Below, piece by piece: positions 52,478-64,000 of a DNA stretch of 64,000 bases (within the stretch, counting starts at the first letter, position 1; the number at the start of each line of letters is the position of its first letter). A program made the position numbers and the translations under genes. The stretch comes from Daphnia carinata (Eukaryota), in assembly GCF_022539665.2 (NCBI RefSeq), contig NC_081331.1, positions 9,114,001 through 9,178,000 of the forward strand, given 5' to 3'. Below the pieces are notes generated by a model that had not been told where the DNA came from, searched no databases, and was given only the letters and a program-made list of their open reading frames with translations.

Positions 52478-53795
52478 TCTTCAAAGATTAATTGCTAGTG
52501 ACTGGGAAGAGCTGGGAATTTTCCTACGAAATGTTGTGAAAGTCACTTAACTTTTAAAGTCCCTTATTTGGTCATCAGCGACACCTTACGGGCGAAAGAA
52601 TGTTCCAATATCCAACTGCCTATCTAAAAATCCCTCCTTTTTCTTGTGTCGATGTCCCAGGGTTACGTCGCGGGCAACGATATGGTGCGCACTCTAAGAT
52701 TTCCTCACCTTCCCTATATTCCATAAGCATATCACCACTGCCTGTATCCCAAATTCCACGGTAAACCAACCCCTCTCATGTTCCCATAATGACACTGCAT
52801 GGCACGATTAGCACACAGACCGCTCTCCTTACCTTCACCCTTTAAGATGCACTGGATACAAATGGATAAGATCACAGCATCCATAAACAGCGAGATTCAC
52901 AACGGATTATTAATTATGATAAGGAGCCATCAACAAAGCGAAAGTCGCCGCTTATCGAATAGTGTCTTCGAAGACTCTGTCATTGCTAGTGACTGCGAAG
53001 AGTTGGGAATTTGGCTATTAAATGTTTCAAGCCGCGTGACTTTTAAAGCCCGTCACTTTGAGATCAGCAAAACCATGCGTGCGAAAGAATGGTCCTCTAT
53101 CCAACTGCTGTTCCAAAAATTCTTTCTTTTTCGTGTGTCGATGTCCCAGGGTTACGCTGCCGACAACGATATGTGCCTCCTCTATTACTTCCTCACCTTC
53201 CCTATATTCCAAAAACACATCACCACACGGTCTGTATCCCAAATTCCACTGTAAACCCACCCCCCTCACGTTCCCGTAATAACACTGCGTGGCACGATTA
53301 ACACGCAGACCACTCCCCTCCCTTTTACCCCTTAAGATGCTACGGATAAAAACGGACAAGATCCCAACACCCATAATACCCGGAACTTTCCCCTAGCCAC
53401 CTTTACGCAAACACACCGCTACACCGCCATGTCATTCTTAACGCTCCCGCTTGAGTTAAAATAACCAATTCTTCGTGTAACCCACCCCCAACAAATCAAC
53501 GACCACCCAAACCCCCCCTCCCACCGTTTAAGATGTTCAGAATAAAGATGGATACAAACAGCGTACGCGAACGTATGCCACAGTAGCTCCATCGGCCGTT
53601 CTCCTCTCCCGATTCTATGGCCACTTCCCCGCTTTCCCCTTCCTCACCCTCAGTCCACAGCAGTAATGCCATGTCCCTCTGTAACTTCCCCATTGCGACC
53701 GTTACCCCCAACCGCTGTTCTCCCCATATAATTTAGGATGTTTTAGATACGACTAGATACAGTCATCTATGGCTAAATAGCATATGAGCCCTATG
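52478..53795. repeat. Dispersed repeat family, copies 2 (about 52478-52882) and 3 (about 52966-53795), in tandem
   Basis: Both begin attgctagtgactg..aagag.tgggaattt and share blocks with 47990-48655. Confidence 0.85.
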
Positions 53796-54364
53796 TATTT
53801 TGTGTCCTTCATCGTTTTCTACTCTCGAGCTAATTCAAGGGAAATGGGACATTATTCAAAGCGTACGTGGATGCTTTGAAAAGCAATTCATGCGATGCAA
53901 TGACGAACTATCACGTTGTTTGTTTTGTGCAGAACATCCGGCGTAATCCAGGTATTCGTTTGTTATTTGACAATCCACACGTTTAACTAGTGCGTTCAGA
54001 ACGTATCGTGGGGATATATTTGTTAAAATGATCATGCAATTTCTCCTTCTATGCAAACCTACTTTTCTAAACGAAAAGGTTCCCCGTTTTCGCTTCCCTG
54101 TTTTGTGTGTGTTCAACAATTAATACAAACTACTTTCTACCCGGAGTTAAAACGGCCACTCATAATTATTAACTCACAATAATATTCATATACATAAATA
54201 TGAAGAAATATGATGAATTCCGCATAAATTAATCGTTGCAAGAAGTAAAACATTCACTGAGATTACATTTCGAACTGTGTAGGCAATGACTTGCAAAATA
54301 TTTATCCTTTCGATGCACTACACTAAAATGACTAAAAATTTTGCTAACATTTTTTGTAACAAAT

Positions 54365-54499
54365 ATACAATTTCCAGCGAGTAATACAATAAACAGCGAG
54401 TTTCGCAACTGGGTTATTAATTTTCATACGAACCATCACCAGTTGACGGTTCGTTATGAAAATTAATCAAAACGCGAAACTCGATGTTTAACGAATACT
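54365..54499. repeat. Palindromic (hairpin) repeat, copy 2, abutting the Helitron 3' end
   Basis: Near-identical to 52342-52476. Confidence 0.9.
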
Positions 54500-54500
54500 A

Positions 54501-55981
54501 CTAGTAACTTTGGGCCCGTCCAGGGCCGGGGTATAGGTGGCGCTAGCGTAATTAACGCTATTATTAGGAAAATCGACCACGCCTATTTTTCACCTGTCTA
54601 ATTTTAATTCTTATTACAAATGAGGAGTTCCCCTTTCTTGCCCGCCCACCCCCTCCCTGTTTCTGCCCGTCCATCACCTGACTTTTCTGCCGCCCAAAAA
54701 CCCAGCTGAAGTTACCCGTCGACCTCCTCTCTGCCCGTTAAACCACTCTTTGCCCGTCAAACCTCTCTTTGCCCGTTGGCCCCCTCTCGGCCCGTCAACC
54801 CACACACTGCCCGTCAACTCACATTGTGCCCGCAAAAATGCCTGCTAGGGGACATCTTCCTTTTTTTTTTGCATTTGCCCACCTTTTCCTCACAGTCTCG
54901 GCCCGTCAAAACCCCTGCTATAGTTGTCCGACCGTTTTTGCCTCTGCCCGCTAAGAAGCCTGCTGTTATTGTCCGTCGACCATCTCACTGCCCGTAGGCT
55001 CCCTAACTGCCCGTCGACCCACTCGCTGCCGGTCGACCCACTCGCTGCCGGTCAACCCACTCGCTGCCGGTCAACCCACTCGCTGCCCGTCGACCCACTC
55101 GCTGCCCTTCGGCCCCCTCTTTGCCCGTCGACCCTTTCACTGCCCGTCGACCCACTCATCTGCCCGTCGGCCCACGCGCTTACCGTCGGCCCACTCGCTG
55201 CCCATCGAACCACCGCTGCCCCTCAGCCCCCTTGCTGCCCGTCGATCCCCTCTCTGCCCGTCACCCCACTCGCTGCCCGCCAAAACGACTGCTATAGTGG
55301 CCCATTGACTTTTTCATTTGCTTTTGCCCGTCTTTCCCTCGCAATCCCAGCCCAGAAAACGCCCGCTGTAGTTGCCGTCCAACCACTTTTTCCCTCTGCC
55401 CGTCTTTTCTCGAATAGTCTTTGCCCGTCAACCCCCTTTGCCCACCAAAAAAACCTGCTGTAGTTGCCCGTCGACTTACCTACTATAGCGCCCACTCGTT
55501 TTAAGCCAAGCCCCTAGACTAAAAAATTACATTTATCCGACCTATTGTACAGTCTCTGCCCCTCAAAAGGCCCGTTTAGTTGCCTGTCCACTCACTTTTT
55601 GCCTCTGCCCGTCAACCCACTTTGCTCGCCAAGAACTCGCCGTTGTTGCCCAACGACCCTCCTCTCTGCCCGCCAAAACGCCTGCCGTAGTGGCCAATAA
55701 AAATAATAAAAAAACTAATAAACTAAATAAAAAAAAATTAGAATTTAATTAGAATAATAATAATAAGACGCCCTGCCTATCAGCTTACGTGCCGTTGCCC
55801 ACCCGTTTAAGCTAACTCCGTATACTGGAAAATTGCGTAATTCCGCAATTCCACCCGCAGTTTAGTCTTCCACAACCCCATCCCACCAATCCACTGTAGC
55901 AGAGGCTGATTTGGCGCCAGCCAATCAAAACAAAAGCACAATGTGACAGACACAGTCCTTTTCCTTGTTTTTTTATATAGT
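54501..55981 (-). mobile_element. Non-autonomous Helitron with an internal minisatellite
   Basis: Minus strand ends ...CCCCGGCCCTGGACGGGCCCAAAGTTA-CTAG|T (GC hairpin, CTAG terminus, T target). It starts ACTATATAAAAAAACAAGG...GTGTCTGTCAC, resembling a Helitron 5' end. Confidence 0.75.
54640..55800 (+). repeat. 19-bp minisatellite (CTGCCCGTCGACCCACTCG) and degenerate derivatives
   Basis: Near-perfect tandem units at 55007-55107; dozens of degenerate tgcccgtc units across the interval. Confidence 0.92.
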
Positions 55982-56343
55982 ATCAACGTTGGGCCCGTCC
56001 CCGGGGTATAGGTGGCGCTAGCGCATTTTTTTTGTTACTTGTTAAGAAGACGGAAGGTGCTGGCGCGACATATGTCAAAAGTTTTTTTTTTAAATTCAGC
56101 TTCGCACCAATACATTTCGGTTCAGAGCCTTGTCTTATAGGATAATCAGGCTCGAGGGCTAATGCTATGAATGGTTATTTTATATTTCTCAACGCTTTAT
56201 GCAATAAGAAAAAGCATTTTCACGGTTGAGCGCCGTCGGGAACTTCCCCCTAGGCCAGGCCGTTGCTCCTTTTTAGTCCGTAGACGGAGGCGGAAGTTAG
56301 TTCCTCGTTTTAATCATGAAGATAAAATTATCTGATGATAACT

Positions 56344-59300
56344 TTACGAAAGAGCTTCTTTGAACACAATGTTTTGTGTAAAAACTCTTTCGTCTTTCAG
56401 CATTTTCCCTTGCTTTGGTCCTACCGTCCATAGGACCTTTACTCCTGGGCGAGAAGTAGCGCGGGAAAATGCAACATATAATTGTCCATGGCTGAAGACA
56501 GGTTCAGGAAGAAGGATACCAACCTTATCGAACGTCTGTCCTTGTGACTTGTTGATGGTAATTGCGAAAGCCAAAAGCACAGGAAATTGGTTCCTGATTA
56601 GCTTGAAGGGAAGATCACAATCACTCGGTGACATATTCATTCGTGGGATGAAGACATTGTGGCCCTTATTTTTCCCAGCTGCTATTGTTGCATGAATGAG
56701 GTTGTCCCTAAGACTTTTGATGATCAAGCGTGTTCCATTGCAGAGCCCTTGACGCGAGTCGATGTTCTTAAGAAGAATGATGATGGCACCGACTTTCAGT
56801 TCCAAAACGTGAGGAGGTATCCCTGACACCTTTAGGGTGTCAAGAAACTCCGTCGGGAAGTTTGCAATTTCTTCTGGGTCTTCCGATTCAATCGAGTTCA
56901 TGCTGGCATATCTCCGTCGCTGGCCTGGCATCTGTCTGATGATGTAATTGTTGATTTTCAAGCAGTCATCATTTTTTGGGCATAAAATAGCGCGAGTGGT
57001 AATTTGCTCTTCTACTTGCGGAAGCAATAGATTTTCGGGATCACCAAAAACATGATTAATCAGTGACTCTTCTGAATGGCCATCAAGAAGGAAGTCCTGT
57101 GGTATCTCTATCGCATCCGGTCCCAGACTTGCCGTTCTTGAATGAGTTGAATTTCCAAGATGGATGAGCCAAATGGATGAGGCAAACTGGACACGGTGTC
57201 GGCCGCGGTTCTCATATTTCGACTCAAACGAAGCTTTAAAATGTCACTCCAAGTCCTGCTGCTTTTAATGGTCGATTCAACAATTTTCACCCTGTTACCG
57301 TGTTTAATGACAGGAAGGCACTGACGAAAATCTCCTCCCAACAACAGCACCTTACCACCAAAAGCGACTGAACTTTTCGTGATCTTTCGGAAAAGTTTAT
57401 CAATGGCGTCCAACGCATGTACGGTCATCATAGTGACCTCGTCAATGATGATGAGACTGGCTTTCCTGATGTTGTTTGCTTCAACATGGTGCTCTTCTAT
57501 TTTCGACGTTGTTGTTTCCGTAATTGGGGGATAGATTTTGAAGCGGGAATGGTAAGTACTCCCATTAATCAGTAAAATCGAAGCGATTCCGGTAGAAGCG
57601 ACAGCAATCACCGATTTTCTTTGTCCTTCAAGCACATTAATGAGAGCGTTGTAGAGAAACGTTTTCCCGGTACCACCAGGTCCATCCAAAAAGAACTGAT
57701 GGTTTGCAGATGAACGACCGTGATCATTCACTGACGCCATGACACGGTCGAAGATCGCTTGCTGTTCCATGTTCAGCTGGGCAACCATTAGTTCTCCTAG
57801 TCTCCTCTTCTGAGCACGCACTTCATCCGCACCTTCATCTGCTTCATCTTCAATCAGCCGCTGAATCATTTGAAAATCAGGGACAGGCAATTGGAATTCT
57901 TCAAGATTATGACCACTCTGCCTTAACATATCTTGAATACATTTGAGCGCTAGGTTTTTTGCAATTTCATCTTCATGGCCTCGTCTAGTAAAGTCTTCCG
58001 TGAGATGTTGCAGGTTGTTGTTGAAAAGTAACTGAGCGTTGGTTGGAGAGCAATGAACGCAAATGTTTACGAACAATTGCCTTAATTGGATGGGCATTTC
58101 AAATTCAACTGCTTCCGCCATTACTCGTTCCCAAACGCTATCATCAGCCATTAGATTTCTTGCTATAGCAGCTTCTTTGAATGTTGAATGAAGAATCCCG
58201 TCGACCGTCCTCAAATATTCGAAGCTGGTTGCACCAGGAACGTTTATAAGTAGCAAACGAAGACTGTGTCTTTCGACTTGCTTGACGGAAACAGAATAAA
58301 TACGTCCAATAACGTTGATCCTCTTTTTTCTCGGTTTCCATTTCCTTGCGGTCTTGTCAAACCAAAAATGATGAGGAATTTCGCGATAAAGGTAAGATCT
58401 AGATGGTGGATGAGCAGAATTTAATTTGAACCAAGCCGTCAATGTAGTTAATTGTGAGGCAGAATTGATCACAGCCTGCTCTTCCATTCCTGGATGAAAA
58501 AAAACGATTGTTCTTGAGGAAGGTGAATAGCAAGGCGAATAACAGCGTGTGAACGGTAGGAAAGCGGATACTTAAAAATCCTCCAAGTGGCTTCAGGGGC
58601 ACTGACATATCTTGTGTCCAAGAACGTTGTTATTTCATCCCAAACAATACGGTATTGACCTTATTGATTTTCTCCTCTGCTTATCTGTATGTTTGCGCAA
58701 TCATGTCCTTTGTATATGTACTTGAAAATATACTTTATGCTGGTTATGGAAGCGCAAAACTCCAAATTAATGTGCGAGTTGAATTTCAGTGAAAGGTAAG
58801 GGTTGTAAGGTACGACCCAGCTGTTATCCACTCGGTGACGGCTGCTGTTGTTGTTGAGCGAGTAGCTACGACCGTTATTTCTCCTTCGATAAGTTGGATA
58901 TCCATTTCCGTTGATGACCGTTACTTCCGCAAATGGTTTTGGAAACGATTTGGTGCATATATCACCATCCATGCAAGGAGAATTGCGATTAATATATTTT
59001 CCGCATAGGCCGTGAATCATGTTGCTCATTACAATCTTGTGAAGTATCGGGTTCGCTTCTGGATCAGGAATTTCAGCACATATCGTCTTGTCTATATCTT
59101 CTTCAGTTGTTGGAACGTCATTCTCATCTACCCACATCAGTAGATGGACATGTGGAAGACCACGCTTTTGGAATTCGATGACATGAATCCTCGCAACAAT
59201 AATCCCCACAATTTGATGTTCTTGAATATCCTTTATTAATTCTTTCAGTTTAAGATGATAAACTCTTGAAACAATTTCAGGACTATTCGATGGAATTTGG

Positions 59301-61339
59301 TAAGCTTGGATATTTTCTGTGACCTTTGGCCATTTCGGGTTGCAGGTAAAAGTAAGGAAAAAGGTGGGCTTTCCAAATTTTCCACAAATAGCCATCGCGT
59401 CTTGGTACCCCTATTTCATGGCCCTTGGACTTCCAATGAAAGATGATGGTAAGATGACTGATGTCCCGACTGTCATGTTCTCTCTTTCCGCTCGAGTATT
59501 CAAATAGTCCATAAGTCCATTGTACTGCGCGACGTGTAGATCTGCCTGATGTGTCTGAAGATACTTCACTCGGTTAGCTTCAACTTTAACGTACGAATCA
59601 ACTATCCACTGCTGAGTGAGTGGACCGCCGTATAAGGCTGCGTTGAAGTATCCACGAATGGACATTCTGCTGCTATAGAATTCGCATTGTGTGATTCTTG
59701 ACCGATGACTAACTTTTCTCACTACAGGTGCATCAGGGTCTATATCAAGGGCATCTTCCGGTTCCAGTTCCGGTTCTGCAGCGTCTGGTACAGGATTTTC
59801 TGGAGTATCGCATAGATCTTGAGCTTCACAATCCATCATATCATCTTCTTGTGAGCAATTGCCTTCATTATTTTGATAGTTATCTGAAATAGCTGGATTG
59901 GTGTGAATCATGTTTCAGCCATTGTCTCCATTAGGAAAGAGTAATGGATATGTCATGGGATCGCACATTGGTTTTTGAGTGTCGATTCGAATGAACCGAT
60001 TTCCTCTTCGTGGAATCAAGAGGTGGCCGCGTATATCCCTATTTTCGGGTGGAGCCCCATCAATGCTTTTGAAAACCACTGCTATTTCTTCTCCGGTGGG
60101 GCTGTTGTAATGCCTCTCATCCTGTGTCCTACGATCATTGCGGATAATCATTCCAATTTCCAAGGATCTTCTACCCTCTATTTCGGCAAGAAGATCCTCC
60201 TCGGCTGCCATTTGACTCATATTCTTATACATGGAAGCATAGGGATTACATTGACGAAGAAGAGAATCCAACTGTTCCATAAGAAAACGGTCACAGCGAA
60301 CGTTGGCAGGATTACTGGCCCGAAATTCGTTTGCTTGAGAAGAATCAATGAAATACAGTTGGGCGTATTTTGGAGCACTGTCTTCGTGTTGGTATTCAAC
60401 TGATGTTGTATCGTGATATATTTGTCCGTGAATTCGAAAGCAATAAGGGCCGCGACCTGGTGGACTGTCGATTTGTGCTCCCATGGATGCGAAGGCAAGA
60501 GCGTTGTTGTAATTTCTTATCATTTTCAAGAAATGAGGAGATTTCGGATGGCTGTTGGTGAAGAGATGGTAAAGCAATTCAGGACATTCTCTAGGTGGAG
60601 GAAGAATTACCTTCCCTTTTGAACAGCAAATGCGGAATTTTCGTTCAGACATTTTCTCCCCTTTGAAATGTCTTGCGCCACAGTAATGACAAACCTCGTC
60701 CATTTGCCCACAGTGATGAAAGGGAACCAATTCTTCGTTGTGTAATGGTTTCTGAGCGGCTTGGTGTGTTTTAGTTACTCTATTACGACGATTTTGCGCA
60801 AGATATTCCAATCGATGTTGTCGCTCCTCTTCTGTTTCTACAATAACAATTTCTGCGTGGTGTTCAGCCTCATTTGCTTGTTGTAGATCCAGAATTTCTT
60901 CGTTATATTCCTCTCTTTCTAAGGAAATCTGCTCCATCATTGCTCTAGTCTCTTCTTGAAGTTGTTCTATTTTTCCATCATTTTCAACCCTTCCGTAACT
61001 AATAATTTGCTGTCTGTTAACTTCTGGTCTTTCATCTGCTTCATCTGTTGTTTGGTTGCAGCGAACATTCTGATGTTGCAATCTATCTTTCATGCGCGAA
61101 ACACTTGCCTTTTCTGGAGTTTGGATTTCACGGGCTTTTCTTTGACGTACAGCATGTGCTTCTAGAGCCGTTTGCTGTTCTACAGGATCAAGTCTTTGTT
61201 TTTTTGCTTTAATCCGTTCTCGATTTTCCAGCAATCTCTTCTCTCTGACTTCAGGCGATTCAGCTGCCCTTTTTTCACGCATTTTAAGATTCTTGGCTGC
61301 TTTTTGTTCTTCAGTGAGGGGAGGGCATTTTGGAGGCAT
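56344..61339 (-). pseudogene. Helitron RepHel (Zn finger, HUH Rep endonuclease, Pif1-type SF1B helicase) with 3 nonsense codons and 2 frameshifts
   Basis: Start MPPK at 61339; CHYCGA..CCSKG; Rep motifs FLTFTCNPKW, VIEFQKRGLPHVHLL, KYIFKYIYKG; helicase [53 protein letters not shown]. Stops at 59915, 59411 and 58661; frameshifts near 58500 and 57190. Confidence 0.96.
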
Positions 61340-61999
61340 TTTCAAACGCAAGTATAACCAAACGCACTTAACTCTAACAGCTTAAAATTTACTAACTTAA
61401 ACTCTAACACAGAAACCACGTCAGAACTGAAAACACGGGAAAACAAAACCTTAAACACTTTCTTATCGACCTGAAAAACACTGCAAAGAATTACGTAAAC
61501 CAAGGCTTATTAAACATAAGACAACACCGCAAAAAATAACACAAAACACTTGAACACCCCTGAAGAAACGCAAGAATTACATAAAGAAAATGCAATACAC
61601 CTTAATCAGCTAACTTAATGAAGGTAATAGCTAAGAAAATAAACTCTCCGTCGATTTTACCCTTTGACGCGATAGATGGGGAAGGGAAAATATATAAGAA
61701 TACTCACTTACTTGGTAAATTTAGATCCAGATCCTTCGCAGTAGTGTTGAAGCTCCCGTTAATACACAGGACGGCCAATGACTCTGCAAACACACACACA
61801 AAAAAAAATTCTCGTGTGTGTGTGTTGCTTTACCTAAAGTATTTTAGTCAACGCAATTGGTCATTAAAGCTTACAACGTTAAAATTAGTATGATTTTATT
61901 AACATTGAATTATATATTCAACTTCTTAATAGGACGTTAATGACAAATACAATACTAACCCGAAATTTACATATAAATAAACCATTAACATGTGACTGA

Positions 62000-64000
62000 C
62001 TAAATAAAAAAAATTTCCATTAACATTTTAATGAAATAGTGAAGAACAAATTAAAAAAACTTAAGATTCTAAAAGGAACGGTGAGAAACAATTCTTAAAC
62101 GATATACCTTGTTTATAGAATGTTCAATGACAAATAAAATATTAAATCCAAATTTATTTATATATACATTAATAGCATCTTACTTTGTAAATAACAAATA
62201 ACTGGAATAAATTTAGATAAATTAACATCCACTAAAATTGGCTAGCTTGACTTTAAAAAGGAACGTACAGAATTTGAAAACGCTTTAGAATGTTTATAGA
62301 ATGTACCAGGATAAATTAATAAAATAACCAAAAAAATATATATATATACTTAAATAAAGGAAACTTTTAAATAATATAGACTTAGATAACATTTTATAAA
62401 TAGGTTTTTAATTGAAGTTTTAAAATTTCATTTAAAAAAGGAATAGATTTACCAAAAATATACATATGTGTACAAATAAAGTAAAATTTGTAAATAACCT
62501 ATGACTTTAATAAAATTTTAAGAAATAAGCAATGAAATGAAATGTAAAAAACTTGATTTTAGAAAGGCACGATCAGATAAAAATGTTTCACCTTATATTT
62601 AAAATGTTAATAGGTAATAAACTTACCAAAAATATATATATGTACATAAATAGTACCAACTTTGTAAATACCACATTACTTTGATAAAGTTAAAAGAAAT
62701 TAAGAAATGAATAATCTTTTAAAAATTTGATTTGAAAAAGGAAACGGTGAGTTAAAAAATTGAAACGTTATACCTTGTAAATAGAATGTTTCAAGTTCAA
62801 TATAAAACTTGACTATAACATATGTATAGGTATATAAATAAAATTAATTTTGTATACAGTATATGAATTTGATAACAATTTATAAAGAAGTATTGAAATA
62901 AAAATTTAAAAACTCAAACTGAAAAAGGGAACGGAGATAAGATTTGGAAACGTTACATATTTAAAACAAAGAGTTTCTAGGTAAATAATAAACTTATCAA
63001 ACATATATATTGATGTGCATAAAATAAAACGAACTTTGAAAATAATAAATGTCTATGACTACTATAATACTATAACATTTTAATAAATAACTAAAAATTT
63101 AAAGAATATAATTTGAAAAGGAACGGTGCAAAAAAAAAGTGAAAAAATACCTTGCGAATAGATTCATTATCAATATTAAACTTAGCAAAAATATATATAT
63201 GCTCATAAATAAACTTAACTTTGTAAATAACATATGACTATAATACCATTTAAATAAATAAGTATTGAACTTAATATTTAAAAATCTTAATTTGAAAAAT
63301 GTAACGGTAAGAGGAAAATATTTAATATGTAATACCTTCATCATCAATTAAAACATTCATTATCAATATTAAACTTAGCAAAAATATATATATACTCATA
63401 AATAAACTTAACTTTGTAAATAATATATGACTATGGTACCATTTCAATAAATAAGTATTGAACTTAATATTTAAAAATCTTAATTTGGAAAATGTAACGG
63501 TAAGAGGAAAAAATTTAATATGTAATACCTTGTAGATAGAATGTTTCGAAGTCAATAATATTTAAAAAAAAAAAGTATATATAACATAAATCAAATATAG
63601 TGTGTAAATAATATATAGCTTTGCTAACATTTATAGAAATTAGAATGAATGAAAATTTAAAATTCTGAAAAAAAGGAACGAAGATGAAAATTGAAAACGT
63701 TAAACACATTGAAAATAAAATATGTTAACATAAATAAGATACTATATATATATATATATATGCATAGATAAATTAAACTTGGTAAATAATATAAAGCTAT
63801 GGTAATATTTGCACCTTGCACATATTACAGTAACCATAAATATATGTGTGTAAATAAATAAAATATACCTTTAATAAATATTACATCAAATAGGATTTAA
63901 AATAGAAATAACATCTAACTATATCAATAACATAAAACTTTACAAACATTAAAAAGGACTTGTAAAACAGGAACAGTTAGGGCAATATGTAAGACTATTT
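62000..64000. repeat. AT-rich tandem satellite, unit about 185-192 bp, roughly 10 diverged copies
   Basis: The anchor AAAAAGGAACGGTGAG...ATACCTTG..ATAGAATGTT recurs near 62070, 62256, 62560, 62734, 62922, 63114, 63294, 63487 and 63668; near-identical adjacent pair at 63163-63338 and 63355-63531. Confidence 0.85.

Larger units (their letters stand above)
55983..64000 (-). mobile_element. Formerly autonomous Helitron; 5' end not identified, probably beyond the window
   Basis: RepHel gene plus a degenerate 3' terminal motif at 55989-56024 that duplicates the terminus at 54501-54548. Confidence 0.88.

Noticed and set aside
47995..54500. Search for the gypsy 3' LTR
   Set aside because: No second copy of TGTCGCGTTGGCGCC...CATGACA or a clear polypurine tract was seen, so no 3' LTR is called.
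54640..55800. Regularly spaced short repeats resembling a CRISPR array; also the 179-aa ORF at 54924-55463
   Set aside because: The units are contiguous 19-bp tandem repeats without unique spacers, there are no cas genes and the context is eukaryotic. The ORF is a translation of the minisatellite.
63099..63709. Repeated F/L/I-rich ORFs resembling membrane or mitochondrial proteins
   Set aside because: They are translations of the AT-rich satellite units.

Overview
Eukaryotic, AT-rich, intron-dense window. Most introns are about 55-75 bp, which together with the gene content suggests an arthropod, most like a Daphnia-type crustacean (inference). The left half (about 1-34 kb) holds three host genes that I spliced by hand from the sequence: a 5'-incomplete SGSM1/2-type RUN+TBC Rab-GAP (+), a DBHS-family RNA-binding protein of the NonA/Hrp65/NONO type (-), and SHP2/corkscrew (PTPN11, +), head-to-head with the DBHS gene. 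The right half (about 34.5-64 kb) is almost entirely stacked transposons. These are several TA-flanked MITE/foldback elements, a decayed Ty3/gypsy retroelement (LTR, tRNA-Ala-like PBS, gag, pol and a class I fusion env-like gene apparently fused to pol), a CACTA/EnSpm-type DNA transposon inserted inside its gag, and a nearly complete but inactivated Helitron RepHel gene joined head-to-tail to a minisatellite-bearing non-autonomous Helitron, ending in a ~190-bp satellite array. No prokaryotic systems, CRISPR arrays, rRNA or convincing tRNA genes were seen. All calls come from reading the sequence and from recalled family motifs; no database searches were run.
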